Part shown: one piece after another, positions 33,089 through 43,486 of the stretch
Layout: every line of letters begins with the position of its first letter
Position numbering within the stretch: the first letter of the stretch is position 1
Origin: a virus
Taxonomy: Duplodnaviria > Caudoviricetes
Reading direction: 5' to 3' (one strand)
Length of the DNA: 64,000 nucleotides
Virus record (IMG/VR): IMGVR_UViG_3300026549_000076
Coordinates: 5,444-69,443 of that record
Translations under genes and position numbers: made by a program
The notes under the pieces: generated by a model
Database searches by the model: none
Told to the model about the DNA's origin: nothing
The model's input: the letters and a program-made list of their open reading frames with translations, nothing else

Positions 33089-34575
33089 TATCTGTCACCT
33101 CCTAAATCATCTGTAACAGTTAAATCTAAATAGATATATTCAGTTACATTAACTGGTCTTAACGCAAGAGCTACATGAAGCTCATGATTAGCTAAAGTCT
33201 CAGGAGTATTATTAGAACTATCACAAACTATTTGATAGTCATCATAAAGAACCTCTTGAGTTACTAAACTCTGGAATAACTTATCCATATCTAAGAAAAC
33301 CTTTTGGAATGTACTAACTGGAGTATATTCAAATAAATAAGGAATAAGTAATTCTCTAGAATGAATAGTAATAAATTGAACTAAACCTGAAACATTGATT
33401 CTATTAGTAAATACTTGAGAAGCATCCATAGTCTTTTGTCCATAAAGTGTAAAACCATGATTAGTTAAATACTTAACTGGATTAACTGGGATATCATAAT
33501 TATATAAAATCTCAGCGTCAGCATCTGATAAGTTATTAAGTACATTAGATACAATATCTAATGTAGTTCTATTAACTCCCGCAGGAGCTAAATAACGAGA
33601 TACTGAATAAGACTTAGCCCAAGCATAAATAGCAGCAATTTCAAATGGAACTATAATAGAAGTATCAGCAAGAGTACAACTATCTGGAATATATAAAACA
33701 CCTTGATCAGTAGCTTTTAAATTTGCTAAATAAGATAACTTAGCATCTAAATCATTACCTACTGCAGTACCAATGAAGAAATATTTATTTTTAAGAGCTA
33801 ATCCTGCATTAATTACTGCTGCAGATCTAAACTCAGGAACTATGATAGCATCTTGAATTTCAAGTGTTTGATCCTTTTCAACTACATCAAATGAAGATAT
33901 AACATCTGCATCAGTAATTCCAGTAAAACCAGAATCACCAGAAGTTACAGTACCTGATACTGCATCAGAAGTAATCTTAGCACTATCTGAAGTTTTATTT
34001 ACAAACTTATTAGTTAATGTAATTCCAGATCCAAGTTGATTCCAATTAGCAACTAACTTATTTAAAACAGTTTCTTCAACATCCGCAGTTGCAGTTGATA
34101 AATCAATAATTTCATATGGAGTAGTAAAAGTAGTACCATCTAACTCACCAGTAAGAGCTAAACGTGTACTTACAGAATTATAAAGGAATTTAATTTCATC
34201 CCCATTGTAAATATCTGTTTTATAATCAGAAGTACCTTCAATGATAGTACCTAAAGAAGCAATTTCTGCACCTTCTGAATCATGTGCTTTAATTGCAATA
34301 GTACCAACAGCCGCACTAGATGAAGCAAGTCTTACAACATTAATATAACTATAAGTTTTAAGAACTTGTTCAATACCATAAAGTGCAGGAGTAGTAGCAT
34401 CACCTAAACCAAAAGTTTTAATTGCTTGATTATAACTAGATAATCTTACAAATTTACCTATAGGTCCTGTCTTAGCCTTTAAGAATACTGTAACATTGAA
34501 TGGAACATATGTATTTGCAAGTGGAGATTTAACTTGATTCAAGTTAACAAATATGTTAGGTAAAACATCTGCCAT
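33088..34575 (-). CDS. Tail sheath protein, gp18-like
   Basis: YLAPAGVNR, GFTLYGQKT, NRINVSGL, CDSSNNTPE..LRPVNVTEYIYL. Confidence 0.92.
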   Translation of the reverse strand: MADVLPNIFVNLNQVKSPLANTYVPFNVTVFLKAKTGPIGKFVRLSSYNQAIKTFGLGDATTPALYGIEQVLKTYSYINVVRLASSSAAVGTIAIKAHDSEGAEIASLGTIIEGTSDYKTDIYNGDEIKFLYNSVSTRLALTGELDGTTFTTPYEIIDLSTATADVEETVLNKLVANWNQLGSGITLTNKFVNKTSDSAKITSDAVSGTVTSGDSGFTGITDADVISSFDVVEKDQTLEIQDAIIVPEFRSAAVINAGLALKNKYFFIGTAVGNDLDAKLSYLANLKATDQGVLYIPDSCTLADTSIIVPFEIAAIYAWAKSYSVSRYLAPAGVNRTTLDIVSNVLNNLSDADAEILYNYDIPVNPVKYLTNHGFTLYGQKTMDASQVFTNRINVSGLVQFITIHSRELLIPYLFEYTPVSTFQKVFLDMDKLFQSLVTQEVLYDDYQIVCDSSNNTPETLANHELHVALALRPVNVTEYIYLDLTVTDDLGGDR

Positions 34576-34578
34576 AAT

Positions 34579-35676
34579 CTATTCTCCTTTCTTTGAATTA
34601 TTTACTGAATAAAGTATATCTCTAAATTTAGATGTAGCTTTATCTTTATCTTCAAAGATTTCAGCTTCATCTAACATACTAGTTTCAGAATTGAAATTTC
34701 TTCCTACAATAAAGACTCTAGAATTATCTACCTTATCTGCTTCTATCATATAGATACTTCCAGTAGGTGACATTCTAAGGATATTGTAAGATTTAACTTC
34801 ACATTCCTCTAAAGGTTCTTCTTCAACTTCTACTTCCTCAACTTCTTCAGTTGGTGGAACTAAAGTATCAATAGCACCTTGAACTAATTCTTTACATTTA
34901 TCTGGATCTATACTTCCTTCATCATTTAAAATAGAAATGATTTCATTAAGTTTAGATACAGCATCTGTAATAGGATCAGATTCAACAACTTCATCTGAAA
35001 CTTCCTCAGTTGTAATCTCATTATGTATAGGAACCTTCTTTCCTTCATCACCTTCAGAAAGTTTCTTATCTTCTAAATAACTTCTAGCTTCATCCTCAGT
35101 AGTAAAGTAATGTCCTTGTCCCCAATAAAGCTTATCATCTTCAGTTAAACCAGGAGCCCAAGCGACAACAAAAGGTTGATAACCTGCATTACGTTTAACT
35201 AAAATATAATCAGCACCCTTGTCTAAATCCAAGATTTCAACTGATCCAGCTCCATCAGATTCTAAAGAATCACCAACTTTGAAATTAGCACTCCAAAATT
35301 TACTACCATCTTCTGCAGATTCTTTAACAGAATCTTTAGAATTACACTCTTCACAATCTTTACCTTCATAATCTGCTTTATCAGATTCTTCTTCAAGAGG
35401 TGTATCCTCAGTAACAGGTTTTTCAACTTCAGAAGTAACTTCTTCTGCAACTGGAGTAGTAACTTCAGGTACAATAGGAGTTTCCTCAACTTTGTTATTA
35501 TCTATCACAATATTAACATCTGTAGAATTACCTTCATTAGAAACATTAACTTCAGTAGATTCATGAAGTTTAGTTCTAGTGTTACTTCTAGGTTTTAACT
35601 TTCTTGAAGATTTAGTCATAGACTCATGAAGTTTAAATTCTCTATAATCATCATTCAATGCTTTATATAAATTCAT
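34579..35676 (-). CDS. Acidic MNLY-tag protein (prohead core or internal protein candidate)
   Basis: Starts MNLYKALND. Multiple LHES, VKES and LSEG sites. Embedded PFVVAW...WGQGHYF module. Confidence 0.5.
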   Translation of the reverse strand: MNLYKALNDDYREFKLHESMTKSSRKLKPRSNTRTKLHESTEVNVSNEGNSTDVNIVIDNNKVEETPIVPEVTTPVAEEVTSEVEKPVTEDTPLEEESDKADYEGKDCEECNSKDSVKESAEDGSKFWSANFKVGDSLESDGAGSVEILDLDKGADYILVKRNAGYQPFVVAWAPGLTEDDKLYWGQGHYFTTEDEARSYLEDKKLSEGDEGKKVPIHNEITTEEVSDEVVESDPITDAVSKLNEIISILNDEGSIDPDKCKELVQGAIDTLVPPTEEVEEVEVEEEPLEECEVKSYNILRMSPTGSIYMIEADKVDNSRVFIVGRNFNSETSMLDEAEIFEDKDKATSKFRDILYSVNNSKKGE

Positions 35677-35681
35677 AAAAT

Positions 35682-36374
35682 CTAAATCTCCTTTCTAGTA
35701 TTAACATCCTTTAATTCTAAAGTGATGTCTGAACTTGTAATATTTAAATAATTTTGAGTTCTAAATACTGGTGCATTTATAACTGCTTGAAAAGCAAACA
35801 TATAAACATTACCAATATCAGAATAAGTAACATAACTACTATTATCAGTAATTGTGTCCTGCAAAGTAAGATTTGCTCTATAAGTCTGTCCACGATATTT
35901 AATTAATACTTCACCTTGAGATTGTAACCAAAAACAAAGTTCTTGAACTAACTGCAATGCTTGAATTCTATTATTACCCCAACAAACTAAAGTATAAGAA
36001 ATATCAAAATATTGAACTTGATAAAAGTTCTGCATATTTTCACTATAACCTTTAAACTTAAGAGTATCATCTTCATATAACTTAGCTAATCTATTAACTG
36101 GATTACCTACATTAGATAAGGCAAAATTCTTATTTACTCTTGTATAACCACCACTTGGAAATAAAGAAATAAATGGAAAATGAATATCCTTACCTTCTTG
36201 ATTAATATAAAGTTCTAATGCTCTATCAGTTGGAGCTAGAATAACACTTCCAGCAAACACTTGAGATAACAAAGTCTTAAAAGCTTCATCATACTGTGCT
36301 AATACAGGAAGTCCCTTAATATCTTCACTTAACTCTAAATCTTCTATTTTTAAATCCATATCAGAAACTGCCAT
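35682..36374 (-). CDS. Putative tail terminator/neck protein (gp15-like)
   Basis: Lies between neck and sheath genes. ISYTLVCWG..QALQLVQEL. Start set at MAVSD. Confidence 0.5.
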   Translation of the reverse strand: MAVSDMDLKIEDLELSEDIKGLPVLAQYDEAFKTLLSQVFAGSVILAPTDRALELYINQEGKDIHFPFISLFPSGGYTRVNKNFALSNVGNPVNRLAKLYEDDTLKFKGYSENMQNFYQVQYFDISYTLVCWGNNRIQALQLVQELCFWLQSQGEVLIKYRGQTYRANLTLQDTITDNSSYVTYSDIGNVYMFAFQAVINAPVFRTQNYLNITSSDITLELKDVNTRKEI

Positions 36375-36375
36375 A

Positions 36376-37047
36376 TTAGTACACCCTAATTGGTGGAAGA
36401 ATTCTATTAAGAATAGCTTCCTTCTCAGCTTGAGCTTCAGCAATCAAAGCAGAACCATCAAGTTGATATGGAGAACCTGCAACAGTAAATCTGCTACGAG
36501 TTCTACCTACAATCTCCTTAGCAAGAGCCAAAGCATAGTCTAACATCAAAGGATAATTAGATGATGCTGGATCTATATCAGAAAACTTAGTAGGTCTAAC
36601 AAAACATTCAAGAATTACATTTCCTGAATACCCATGTAAGTAAACCTTGGGAGGTATAAACTTCCATGTAAGTGACTTCATAGGTTTAAAATTAGAATAA
36701 AGAGTTTGTAAAGACACATACTGCAAATAACTATCCATAGTAGCAGAATCCCAAATATAAACTCCTGGTTGTCCAAAAAACAATGTTTGGATAAATTCAT
36801 CAGAAGAAGATTCAGTTGCCAATACATTATGTACTGAAACTACCTCAGGATAATTAGATAAATCTATATTAGGTGCAGTACCATAAATATACTTGGTACC
36901 TTCATAATAAGGAGCAAACACATTGAGAGTCTGTCTCTCAATTATTTCATAATCTTGTTCCTGAAGTTCAATCTCTATATTAGAATTACCTAGCATAGTT
37001 TTAATGAAACGTTCAGCTTCAGATTCTGGTACATTAGTAGATGCCAT
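36376..37047 (-). CDS. Neck/head-tail adaptor protein (gp13-like)
   Basis: YALALAKEIVGRTRSRF..GSPYQLDGSALIAEAQAEKEAI. Confidence 0.75.
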   Translation of the reverse strand: MASTNVPESEAERFIKTMLGNSNIEIELQEQDYEIIERQTLNVFAPYYEGTKYIYGTAPNIDLSNYPEVVSVHNVLATESSSDEFIQTLFFGQPGVYIWDSATMDSYLQYVSLQTLYSNFKPMKSLTWKFIPPKVYLHGYSGNVILECFVRPTKFSDIDPASSNYPLMLDYALALAKEIVGRTRSRFTVAGSPYQLDGSALIAEAQAEKEAILNRILPPIRVY

Positions 37048-37071
37048 AGAATTGCTCCCTTCTAACCAAAA

Positions 37072-37737
37072 TTATAAATTCAACTTATTTATAATTTCAG
37101 ATTTTAATATTTTTTTAGTTTTAGTTTGAACAGATTCAATACCAAGAGAAGTAGCAAGTTCCTCTAATTGAGGCTTAGACATTGTACCAACATCTTTCTT
37201 AGTAATAGAAGTCTCTTCAACATTTTCAACTTCTTCAGATTCATTAGAATCAATAGTAGATTCAGAAACCTCTTCAGTTACCTCAGGTTCAGTAGATTCT
37301 TCAACAGGTTCTTCTGCAACTTCTGGAGTAACAGATTCATCAGTAAAATCTTCAGCTGTATTACCATCACTATCAATAGCTTCAGGCTCTACAACTTCTT
37401 CAACCACTTCAGGTTCAATAGGTTCTTCTACCTTAGGTTCTTCAATAGTAACTTTATTAGTTCTTAAACGTCCTAATAAAGACTTAGGATCATTGATATC
37501 ATAATTGATACAATTTATAGTATTAAAACAACCTTTCTTATTATCAGTTAACTGATACTTAACATCCATAGCACTAACTAATCCAATAACTCTTTCATAT
37601 AAAGATCTTGGACAGTTCTCTAAAAAATATTCTTTACCAGGTTGAACATATAAATGACCAGCACCATGTAAATCAAAGTCCCAAGCATTATATAAACTAC
37701 TAGAGAATCTAATATTAAAAGTTCTATCTTCTTTCAT
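37072..37737 (-). CDS. Acidic protein with C-terminal Rho-N/HeH-like helical motif
   Basis: E/P/V-rich linker. C-terminal MSKPQLEELATSLGI..KKILKSEII. Confidence 0.5.
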   Translation of the reverse strand: MKEDRTFNIRFSSSLYNAWDFDLHGAGHLYVQPGKEYFLENCPRSLYERVIGLVSAMDVKYQLTDNKKGCFNTINCINYDINDPKSLLGRLRTNKVTIEEPKVEEPIEPEVVEEVVEPEAIDSDGNTAEDFTDESVTPEVAEEPVEESTEPEVTEEVSESTIDSNESEEVENVEETSITKKDVGTMSKPQLEELATSLGIESVQTKTKKILKSEIINKLNL

Positions 37738-37739
37738 AG

Positions 37740-38012
37740 TTATACCTCCTTCTCCACTTTGGAAATTACAAATTGAATTATATTAATCGTAATCCCATCA
37801 GCATCAACTTCTTCCAAAGAAAACAAATCAAAAGATAAAGTAAATGGTTCATTTTGAATATATTTCTTTGCAATAATCAAACCCTTAGCCGTTGCATTAA
37901 CAGCTTGAGGTCCTAAGCAATCAACAGTAATATCAGAATGTCCAATATTATGAGCAATCGCTGACGCCAACTTAGATGGATTAGTAGTTTGCTTAGCTTT
38001 AAAAATTAACAT
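37740..38012 (-). CDS. spoVS: Stage V sporulation protein S-like (Alba-like fold)
   Basis: KAKQTTNPSKLASAIA...VDCLGPQAVNATAKGLIIA closely follows the SpoVS pattern. Confidence 0.8.
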   Translation of the reverse strand: MLIFKAKQTTNPSKLASAIAHNIGHSDITVDCLGPQAVNATAKGLIIAKKYIQNEPFTLSFDLFSLEEVDADGITINIIQFVISKVEKEV

Positions 38013-38077
38013 AATATGTCTCCTTCACTAGGTAAATAAATTATTTTTAATTTTCATATCTGCGAAATACTTAAAAA

Positions 38078-38111
38078 TTAAAAATAGTAGAGATATCACT
38101 CTCTACTATTT
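38078..38111 (-). terminator. Terminator after the helicase gene
   Basis: AAATAGTAGAGA-gtgata-TCTCTACTATTT with T-tract. Confidence 0.8.
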
Positions 38112-38120
38112 AATAGAAAA
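38103..38120 (-). promoter_or_regulatory. Candidate late promoter TTTTCT-ATTAAA-TAGTAG
   Basis: Overlaps the terminator arm, upstream of the spoVS-neck-sheath run. Confidence 0.4.
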
Positions 38121-38136
38121 ACAACATAATAAAACA

Positions 38137-39630
38137 CTACTTTAATAAAGAAAGAATTTCTTCCTCAGTAGGAAGTCTACGTTCCTTAAAACTCCAAAGC
38201 AACTTATTTCTAAGTTTCTGTTGAGTCTTACCATCAATCAAAGTAAGATCAAGAGGAAGTGTTGCTATATCTCCAAAAAGCTGTTCAATAGTACTACCAT
38301 GCATAGATATACAAAGTCTCTTGTAAGTATCTAATGTACCCTTAGCTTCAATAAAATGTACAAACTGTTTAGAATACTTAGAGTCAACTCTAGTAATTCT
38401 ACCTATAGCTTGAATCAAAGTTTTAATACTAAAAGAAGCATCATAAAATATTAAAGTATCTGACTTCTGAAGATTAATTGATTCTGATCCTGCAGAAGTA
38501 ATAATAACTATATCTGAAATACCAAGATTCTTTTCTATGGCTGAACGTTCTTCAAAAGACTGTGAACCAGTAATTCGATAAATATTATTGATATGATAAC
38601 CTAACTTCTTCAACTTATAAAATAACATTTCGAGTCTATCAACAACCTCAATCAACTCCGCATAAACTAAAATAGCATGCTCATCAATCAAACTCGCAAC
38701 AACCTGAACTAATAACTTCTCTTTAGAACATAACTTACTAGGCTTAGAATATTTCTCTGAAACATTATCTAAAACTCTTTGAAGATCATTAAGACGAACA
38801 GCCCAATTCTTCTTAGAAGTATCCCTCGCCATACCCGCACTAGCAGCAAGATATGACATAGTTTCATCTATATCTAAATCACACTGATGATAAACAAACT
38901 CTAGATTATACTTCTTCTGTCGTAAAATTACATAATCAGAAATAGTATCTTGTAATAGATTTAAATTTTTAGTTCCTACAACAATATCCTCATAAGGAAA
39001 TTCATATCTATGTGTAAAACGATTAAATCTCTTAACCCTACGTCTTTCAGTAATTAAAAACTTATTAGTGAAGTCTTCCTTAGTACCTAAAACCTTAGGA
39101 TTAATAAAAGACATAAGATTAAATAAACCATAAATGTCATTACCACAAGGAGTTGCAGTTGCAATCCAAAATACTGCAAAAAACTTTCGAATATCCCATA
39201 AAGATTTAGTAAATTCATTATCAGTTGACTGAAGTATATGTCCTTCATCTAAAAGCATTCCAAGTTTATAATTCTTACTAACTAACTTATGTACTATAGG
39301 AATAATATCTTTAAGCTTAGTATTAGCAACAAGATAAATTCTAGAATTTTTATTTACTTTATTCTGAGTAGAAATCTCTGAATAACTAACATTTAACTTA
39401 GTAGTAAGTTCCTTTCTAAAAACTGACAAAGCTTTAGGTGGAACTACAACAAAGAAAACTAAATCTTTATGTTGTAATAACAATCTAACAAGTGCAGTAC
39501 AATTAGTAAAAGTTTTACCTATACCCGTCTGACCAGCATTGATACAACTAGGTCGAGTTAACATAAACTCTACAATTTCATTCTGTACTGATGTTAGAGG
39601 AATATTCTTATTTAAACTATAATCAACCAC
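38137..39630 (-). CDS. SF2/SNF2-like helicase
   Basis: GQTGIGKT, LLDEGH, ATATPCGN, SESINLQ, QAIGRITR. Confidence 0.88.
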   Translation of the reverse strand: MVDYSLNKNIPLTSVQNEIVEFMLTRPSCINAGQTGIGKTFTNCTALVRLLLQHKDLVFFVVVPPKALSVFRKELTTKLNVSYSEISTQNKVNKNSRIYLVANTKLKDIIPIVHKLVSKNYKLGMLLDEGHILQSTDNEFTKSLWDIRKFFAVFWIATATPCGNDIYGLFNLMSFINPKVLGTKEDFTNKFLITERRRVKRFNRFTHRYEFPYEDIVVGTKNLNLLQDTISDYVILRQKKYNLEFVYHQCDLDIDETMSYLAASAGMARDTSKKNWAVRLNDLQRVLDNVSEKYSKPSKLCSKEKLLVQVVASLIDEHAILVYAELIEVVDRLEMLFYKLKKLGYHINNIYRITGSQSFEERSAIEKNLGISDIVIITSAGSESINLQKSDTLIFYDASFSIKTLIQAIGRITRVDSKYSKQFVHFIEAKGTLDTYKRLCISMHGSTIEQLFGDIATLPLDLTLIDGKTQQKLRNKLLWSFKERRLPTEEEILSLLK

Positions 39631-40556
39631 TAAACCACCACCTTTAAAAATTCTATAAATTCCTTAAGTTCTAAATGTTCTACAACAGTTTTAACTTCAA
39701 ATGGAGTTTTATTCTTTTTCTCAATCGGAATAATATCAACAAACTCTAAACGCATAAGTAAAAGATTAGACATGAATATATCACTTTTATAGATAAAAAG
39801 CAACTGTTCTAACTGCTTACCTGTAAAACCTGATGACTTAGGCTTAACTATCTGATCAGAATGAACACAGTTCTTAGCAAAGTAATGTGCTACCTTCTTA
39901 GAAAATCTTGGTTCAATTGGTGGAAGATTATCTGACTTATCTCCAATACAGGCTCGGAAATAAGGAATCTGATAAGGTTCCAAGTCTCTAAAATGTTTCT
40001 TATAATAGTCAGATGCATCATCAAGTAAAACAAAATGCCCATCAGTATAATGACTACTAATAAAGGTAGTCTTATCTATCGCCTGAAACAAATCTTTATC
40101 AAGTGTATAAATAATGAATCTATTATCAAACTGCTTAATTCTAGAAATAGAAAACATAAGATCATCTGCTTCAACAAGTGAATTATAAACTCTATAAACA
40201 TTAGGAAGATTCTGAATAAGACAATCAACTATATAACTTTTATTTCCAAAAGAAACTGAATGCTTACGATTAGATTTATATTCAGAAGATTGTCTATTTC
40301 TATCAACTGGAACACCATCATCAATTAAAAGAATTAAACTATCTTTATAAAACATACTAGTAGATAAGGTCATTAAAAACTTAGTTAAACCATAATAACC
40401 TCCAGTCTGCTCACCATCAGAATTCCTTAACTTATCAAAAGCAAACAAATTCCTAAACAACAAATTCATGAGGTCAACAAGGATAACAGGCTTACCTTTA
40501 TACTCTTGCAAAAGAGTAACTAAATCATCCAAGAAATTCACCTCCAACAAAATCAA
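39630..40556 (-). CDS. 5'-3' exonuclease/flap endonuclease (Pol I N-terminal or T4 RNase H-like)
   Basis: ILVDLMNLLFR, YKSNR, VEADDL, DKDLFQ, GDKSDNL. Confidence 0.9.
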   Translation of the reverse strand: MILLEVNFLDDLVTLLQEYKGKPVILVDLMNLLFRNLFAFDKLRNSDGEQTGGYYGLTKFLMTLSTSMFYKDSLILLIDDGVPVDRNRQSSEYKSNRKHSVSFGNKSYIVDCLIQNLPNVYRVYNSLVEADDLMFSISRIKQFDNRFIIYTLDKDLFQAIDKTTFISSHYTDGHFVLLDDASDYYKKHFRDLEPYQIPYFRACIGDKSDNLPPIEPRFSKKVAHYFAKNCVHSDQIVKPKSSGFTGKQLEQLLFIYKSDIFMSNLLLMRLEFVDIIPIEKKNKTPFEVKTVVEHLELKEFIEFLKVVV

Positions 40557-41272
40557 TCTTTATATTTCCATACATACCCCAAGGAAGTTTTATTCTTACC
40601 TAAACAACACTTAGTAATACTTGCTCTAACACTAGGTTTACCTAAAGAAACAGCTGCATTAGTAATACTTGGAAATTCTGCTAAAAAATTACCCTCTAAA
40701 TCATATTGTAAAACTGGATGCATAAAACTAGGTTCTAAATCCACATCTATATGTTTTAAGATTTCTCTATCTTTAAACCTCCAAATAAAATTCCCTGTTG
40801 TTATTCTATCCCCATTACAACATTTACCTATACTTGATCTTAAAGAAGGTTTCCCAATCACACGTGCAGCCTCAGTAATTCCTGGAAATTCTGCTATAAA
40901 ATTACCTTCCAAATCATATTGTAAAACACCATTACCTCTTCTCTTACGCAAACCAGTAACATACGCATGAACATGATTTTCACTTGAAGTAACCCACTCC
41001 AAATTAGTTACACAATTATTTCTCTTATTTCCATCAATATGATTTACCTCAGGTTTATTATCTGGATTTGGAATAAAAGTCATAGCTACTAATCTATGAA
41101 CACGAAAATTACGTCCTTTACCATCTTTATATAGACGACATCGAGCATAACCTTTCCTATTATAAAATACACCTAAGAAACATCCTTCTCTACAAAGGGA
41201 CTTAATTCTACCTAAATTACTAACTTGGTATAATCCTTCATAACCTTCTATATCCTTCCAAACTTCCTGCAC
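40553..41272 (-). CDS. Free-standing NUMOD4-HNH homing endonuclease with two NUMOD1-like repeats
   Basis: WKDIEGYEGLYQVSNLGR, HRLVAMTF, VNHIDGNKRNNCVTNLEW, twice VLQYDLEGNF.AEFP. GTG start after GGAGG. Confidence 0.92.
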   Translation of the reverse strand: MQEVWKDIEGYEGLYQVSNLGRIKSLCREGCFLGVFYNRKGYARCRLYKDGKGRNFRVHRLVAMTFIPNPDNKPEVNHIDGNKRNNCVTNLEWVTSSENHVHAYVTGLRKRRGNGVLQYDLEGNFIAEFPGITEAARVIGKPSLRSSIGKCCNGDRITTGNFIWRFKDREILKHIDVDLEPSFMHPVLQYDLEGNFLAEFPSITNAAVSLGKPSVRASITKCCLGKNKTSLGYVWKYKD

Positions 41273-41377
41273 CAAATCACCTCCACTAAATAAGCCCATA
41301 TAACAAGAATAACTAACTTTAAGTAGAAATACCCACCTAAAGAGAAAATCAACGAAATTGAGCAACTTATGAAAGAA

Positions 41378-42493
41378 TTATAAGGAAGATAACTGAGATT
41401 TATAATATGCTAGAATAAATTCATATTCATTCTGGTCTTTCAATTTCAAATCCAACAGGTCACCAAAGTCTTTCAACTTATTATTATGAGAAAACTTCAC
41501 TACAGAAATCCCCTCAGCTTCTAATTTCTTCTTAGAAATAAAATATCCTTTCTTACCTGCCTCATCATTATCTAAAGCTAATATAACTTTAGAAGTTAAG
41601 TGCTTAAGAATAGTTAACTGATTATTAGAAACTACATCAGTTAATAAAGCTAAAGTATTAGGATAAAATTGCTTAATGAAATCACAATCTAAATTACCTT
41701 CCACTAAAAGAATAGTATCACCAAACCTAAAATCATCTGGTAAATTACCTAAGTTGTACATAACCTCAGAAACATTCCCCATCTTAAGAAACTGTTTCTG
41801 CCCCTGAATATTCCTCAAAGAAATAGAATAAATTCGATTCTTAATAATATTAGGTATCATAACACAATCACCATGAGATCGAATATAAGAAACTAAATAA
41901 TCTGGATATAAAGATACATTATTTAAAACCTCAAAAGCACTAAGAAACTTATAATCAGACTGATTAATAAAACTCAAATACTTATTACTTTTATCCTCAA
42001 CCTTAACTCCCTTAGTATAAAGATTACTTAACAATAATGAAGTATCATCAAAAGGAATTGCTTTATTAATTGAAGTTAGTAATTCAGGAAAAGTTATCTT
42101 ACTAAATTTAAACTTCTCTAACATATCCACATAAGAAATAGAATTAACTACAGAAGTAACCTGTAGATTATTCATTAAACTATCTTGAAGTTCCTTAGAT
42201 AAATTAGAATATAGTAAAGAAGCTAAATCTTCTAAATTAACATCTGGTAAATAATTCTTATACAAATCTACATTAGTAAAAACTCTATTTTCACTGAAAC
42301 AATAAATAGTATAAGAACCATCCTTCTCTTGATACAAATGTGCAGCAGGAGTGTTCTGATTATCATGAAAAGGACAAAACATAACTAAATTAGGCTTAAC
42401 ATCAATATGTAAAGAAGAAAGTAATGCTCTCATATCAATAAAATGATTAACTATATAATAAACTAAATTCTTATTCAAATTATAAATCCCCAC
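41378..42493 (-). CDS. DNA primase (CHC2 Zn finger and TOPRIM)
   Basis: CPFHDN..YCF, LLVEGNLD, LALDNDEAG. Confidence 0.88.
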   Translation of the reverse strand: MGIYNLNKNLVYYIVNHFIDMRALLSSLHIDVKPNLVMFCPFHDNQNTPAAHLYQEKDGSYTIYCFSENRVFTNVDLYKNYLPDVNLEDLASLLYSNLSKELQDSLMNNLQVTSVVNSISYVDMLEKFKFSKITFPELLTSINKAIPFDDTSLLLSNLYTKGVKVEDKSNKYLSFINQSDYKFLSAFEVLNNVSLYPDYLVSYIRSHGDCVMIPNIIKNRIYSISLRNIQGQKQFLKMGNVSEVMYNLGNLPDDFRFGDTILLVEGNLDCDFIKQFYPNTLALLTDVVSNNQLTILKHLTSKVILALDNDEAGKKGYFISKKKLEAEGISVVKFSHNNKLKDFGDLLDLKLKDQNEYEFILAYYKSQLSSL

Positions 42494-43466
42494 TCCAATC
42501 TACAATACAATTAGTCTTGTACCAATCAACTTGAGCTTTAGGAATGAATAAACACTCAGTAGTGAACTGATCTTCATAAGAACGTGAAGAATTAGAAATA
42601 CCTAAATTCTTTCTCTTCTTAATTCTAGCTATACAAACAAATCTATCATCAGAACATTGATACTCACTAATCATAACTAACTTAGACTTAGGCACCAACT
42701 CATCAATAATATAATTATAAAATGCTCTATGATCGAAATCACCTGAAACATAACCTGCAGTATTCTCATAAGGTGGATCTAAATAAATAAAATTATCCTC
42801 AGTTGTAATAGGAACATCTCTATAATCACCTTTAAAGATATGAAATTCCTCTGGCTTAAAATATGGTTGAAGATCATGCATTGAACGAAATCTAAGTAAA
42901 CCATTCATACTCTCAAGAACATCAAATCTATCTACAATATCTTCAGAACATGACTTCTCAAACTCAGCAAAAGCACTAGGATAATTATTATAATAATTCC
43001 TCCATGAAGTATAACGTTCCTCTAAAGAATCCCACTCAGGAACTGGTACATCAATACCTAAATCCTTAAAAGGTTGATTATCTTTAAAGAAAAGTAGATA
43101 GTGTAATGCTCTCTTAAATTGTTCTACTTTAGTACCATACATATAAGACTTACCTGTAGAACTAAATGACCATACATATCTAACATAAAGATCATCTTCC
43201 TTAAGACGATTATAGTCTTCTCTAGAAATCCATCTATCCTCAGTTTCATATTTACCATTAACTGCATCAATAAAAGTCTGCACAGTATTTTCCCAATCAT
43301 TTACATAATAATGTTTAAACTTATTAGATAAAATTGCAACATGAGTTGCTGCGCACCCACCTGCAAAGAGTTCATAATAATTATCTGCCTCAGGAAAGTG
43401 ATCAACCACCCACTCAGAAATAGAACTCTTAGAACCTAAATAAGGTAAACCATAATTAGTTGCCAT
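42480..43466 (-). CDS. DNA adenine methyltransferase (Dam/D12 class)
   Basis: PYLGSK, ELFAGG, IYLDPPY, VMISEY. Confidence 0.9.
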   Translation of the reverse strand: MATNYGLPYLGSKSSISEWVVDHFPEADNYYELFAGGCAATHVAILSNKFKHYYVNDWENTVQTFIDAVNGKYETEDRWISREDYNRLKEDDLYVRYVWSFSSTGKSYMYGTKVEQFKRALHYLLFFKDNQPFKDLGIDVPVPEWDSLEERYTSWRNYYNNYPSAFAEFEKSCSEDIVDRFDVLESMNGLLRFRSMHDLQPYFKPEEFHIFKGDYRDVPITTEDNFIYLDPPYENTAGYVSGDFDHRAFYNYIIDELVPKSKLVMISEYQCSDDRFVCIARIKKRKNLGISNSSRSYEDQFTTECLFIPKAQVDWYKTNCIVDWSGDL

Positions 43467-43486
43467 AATAAAACCTCCAATTAATA

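Noticed and set aside
40553-42493. Group I intron around the HNH gene
   Set aside because: The flanking primase and exonuclease each appear complete, and the non-coding flanks are too short for an intron core.
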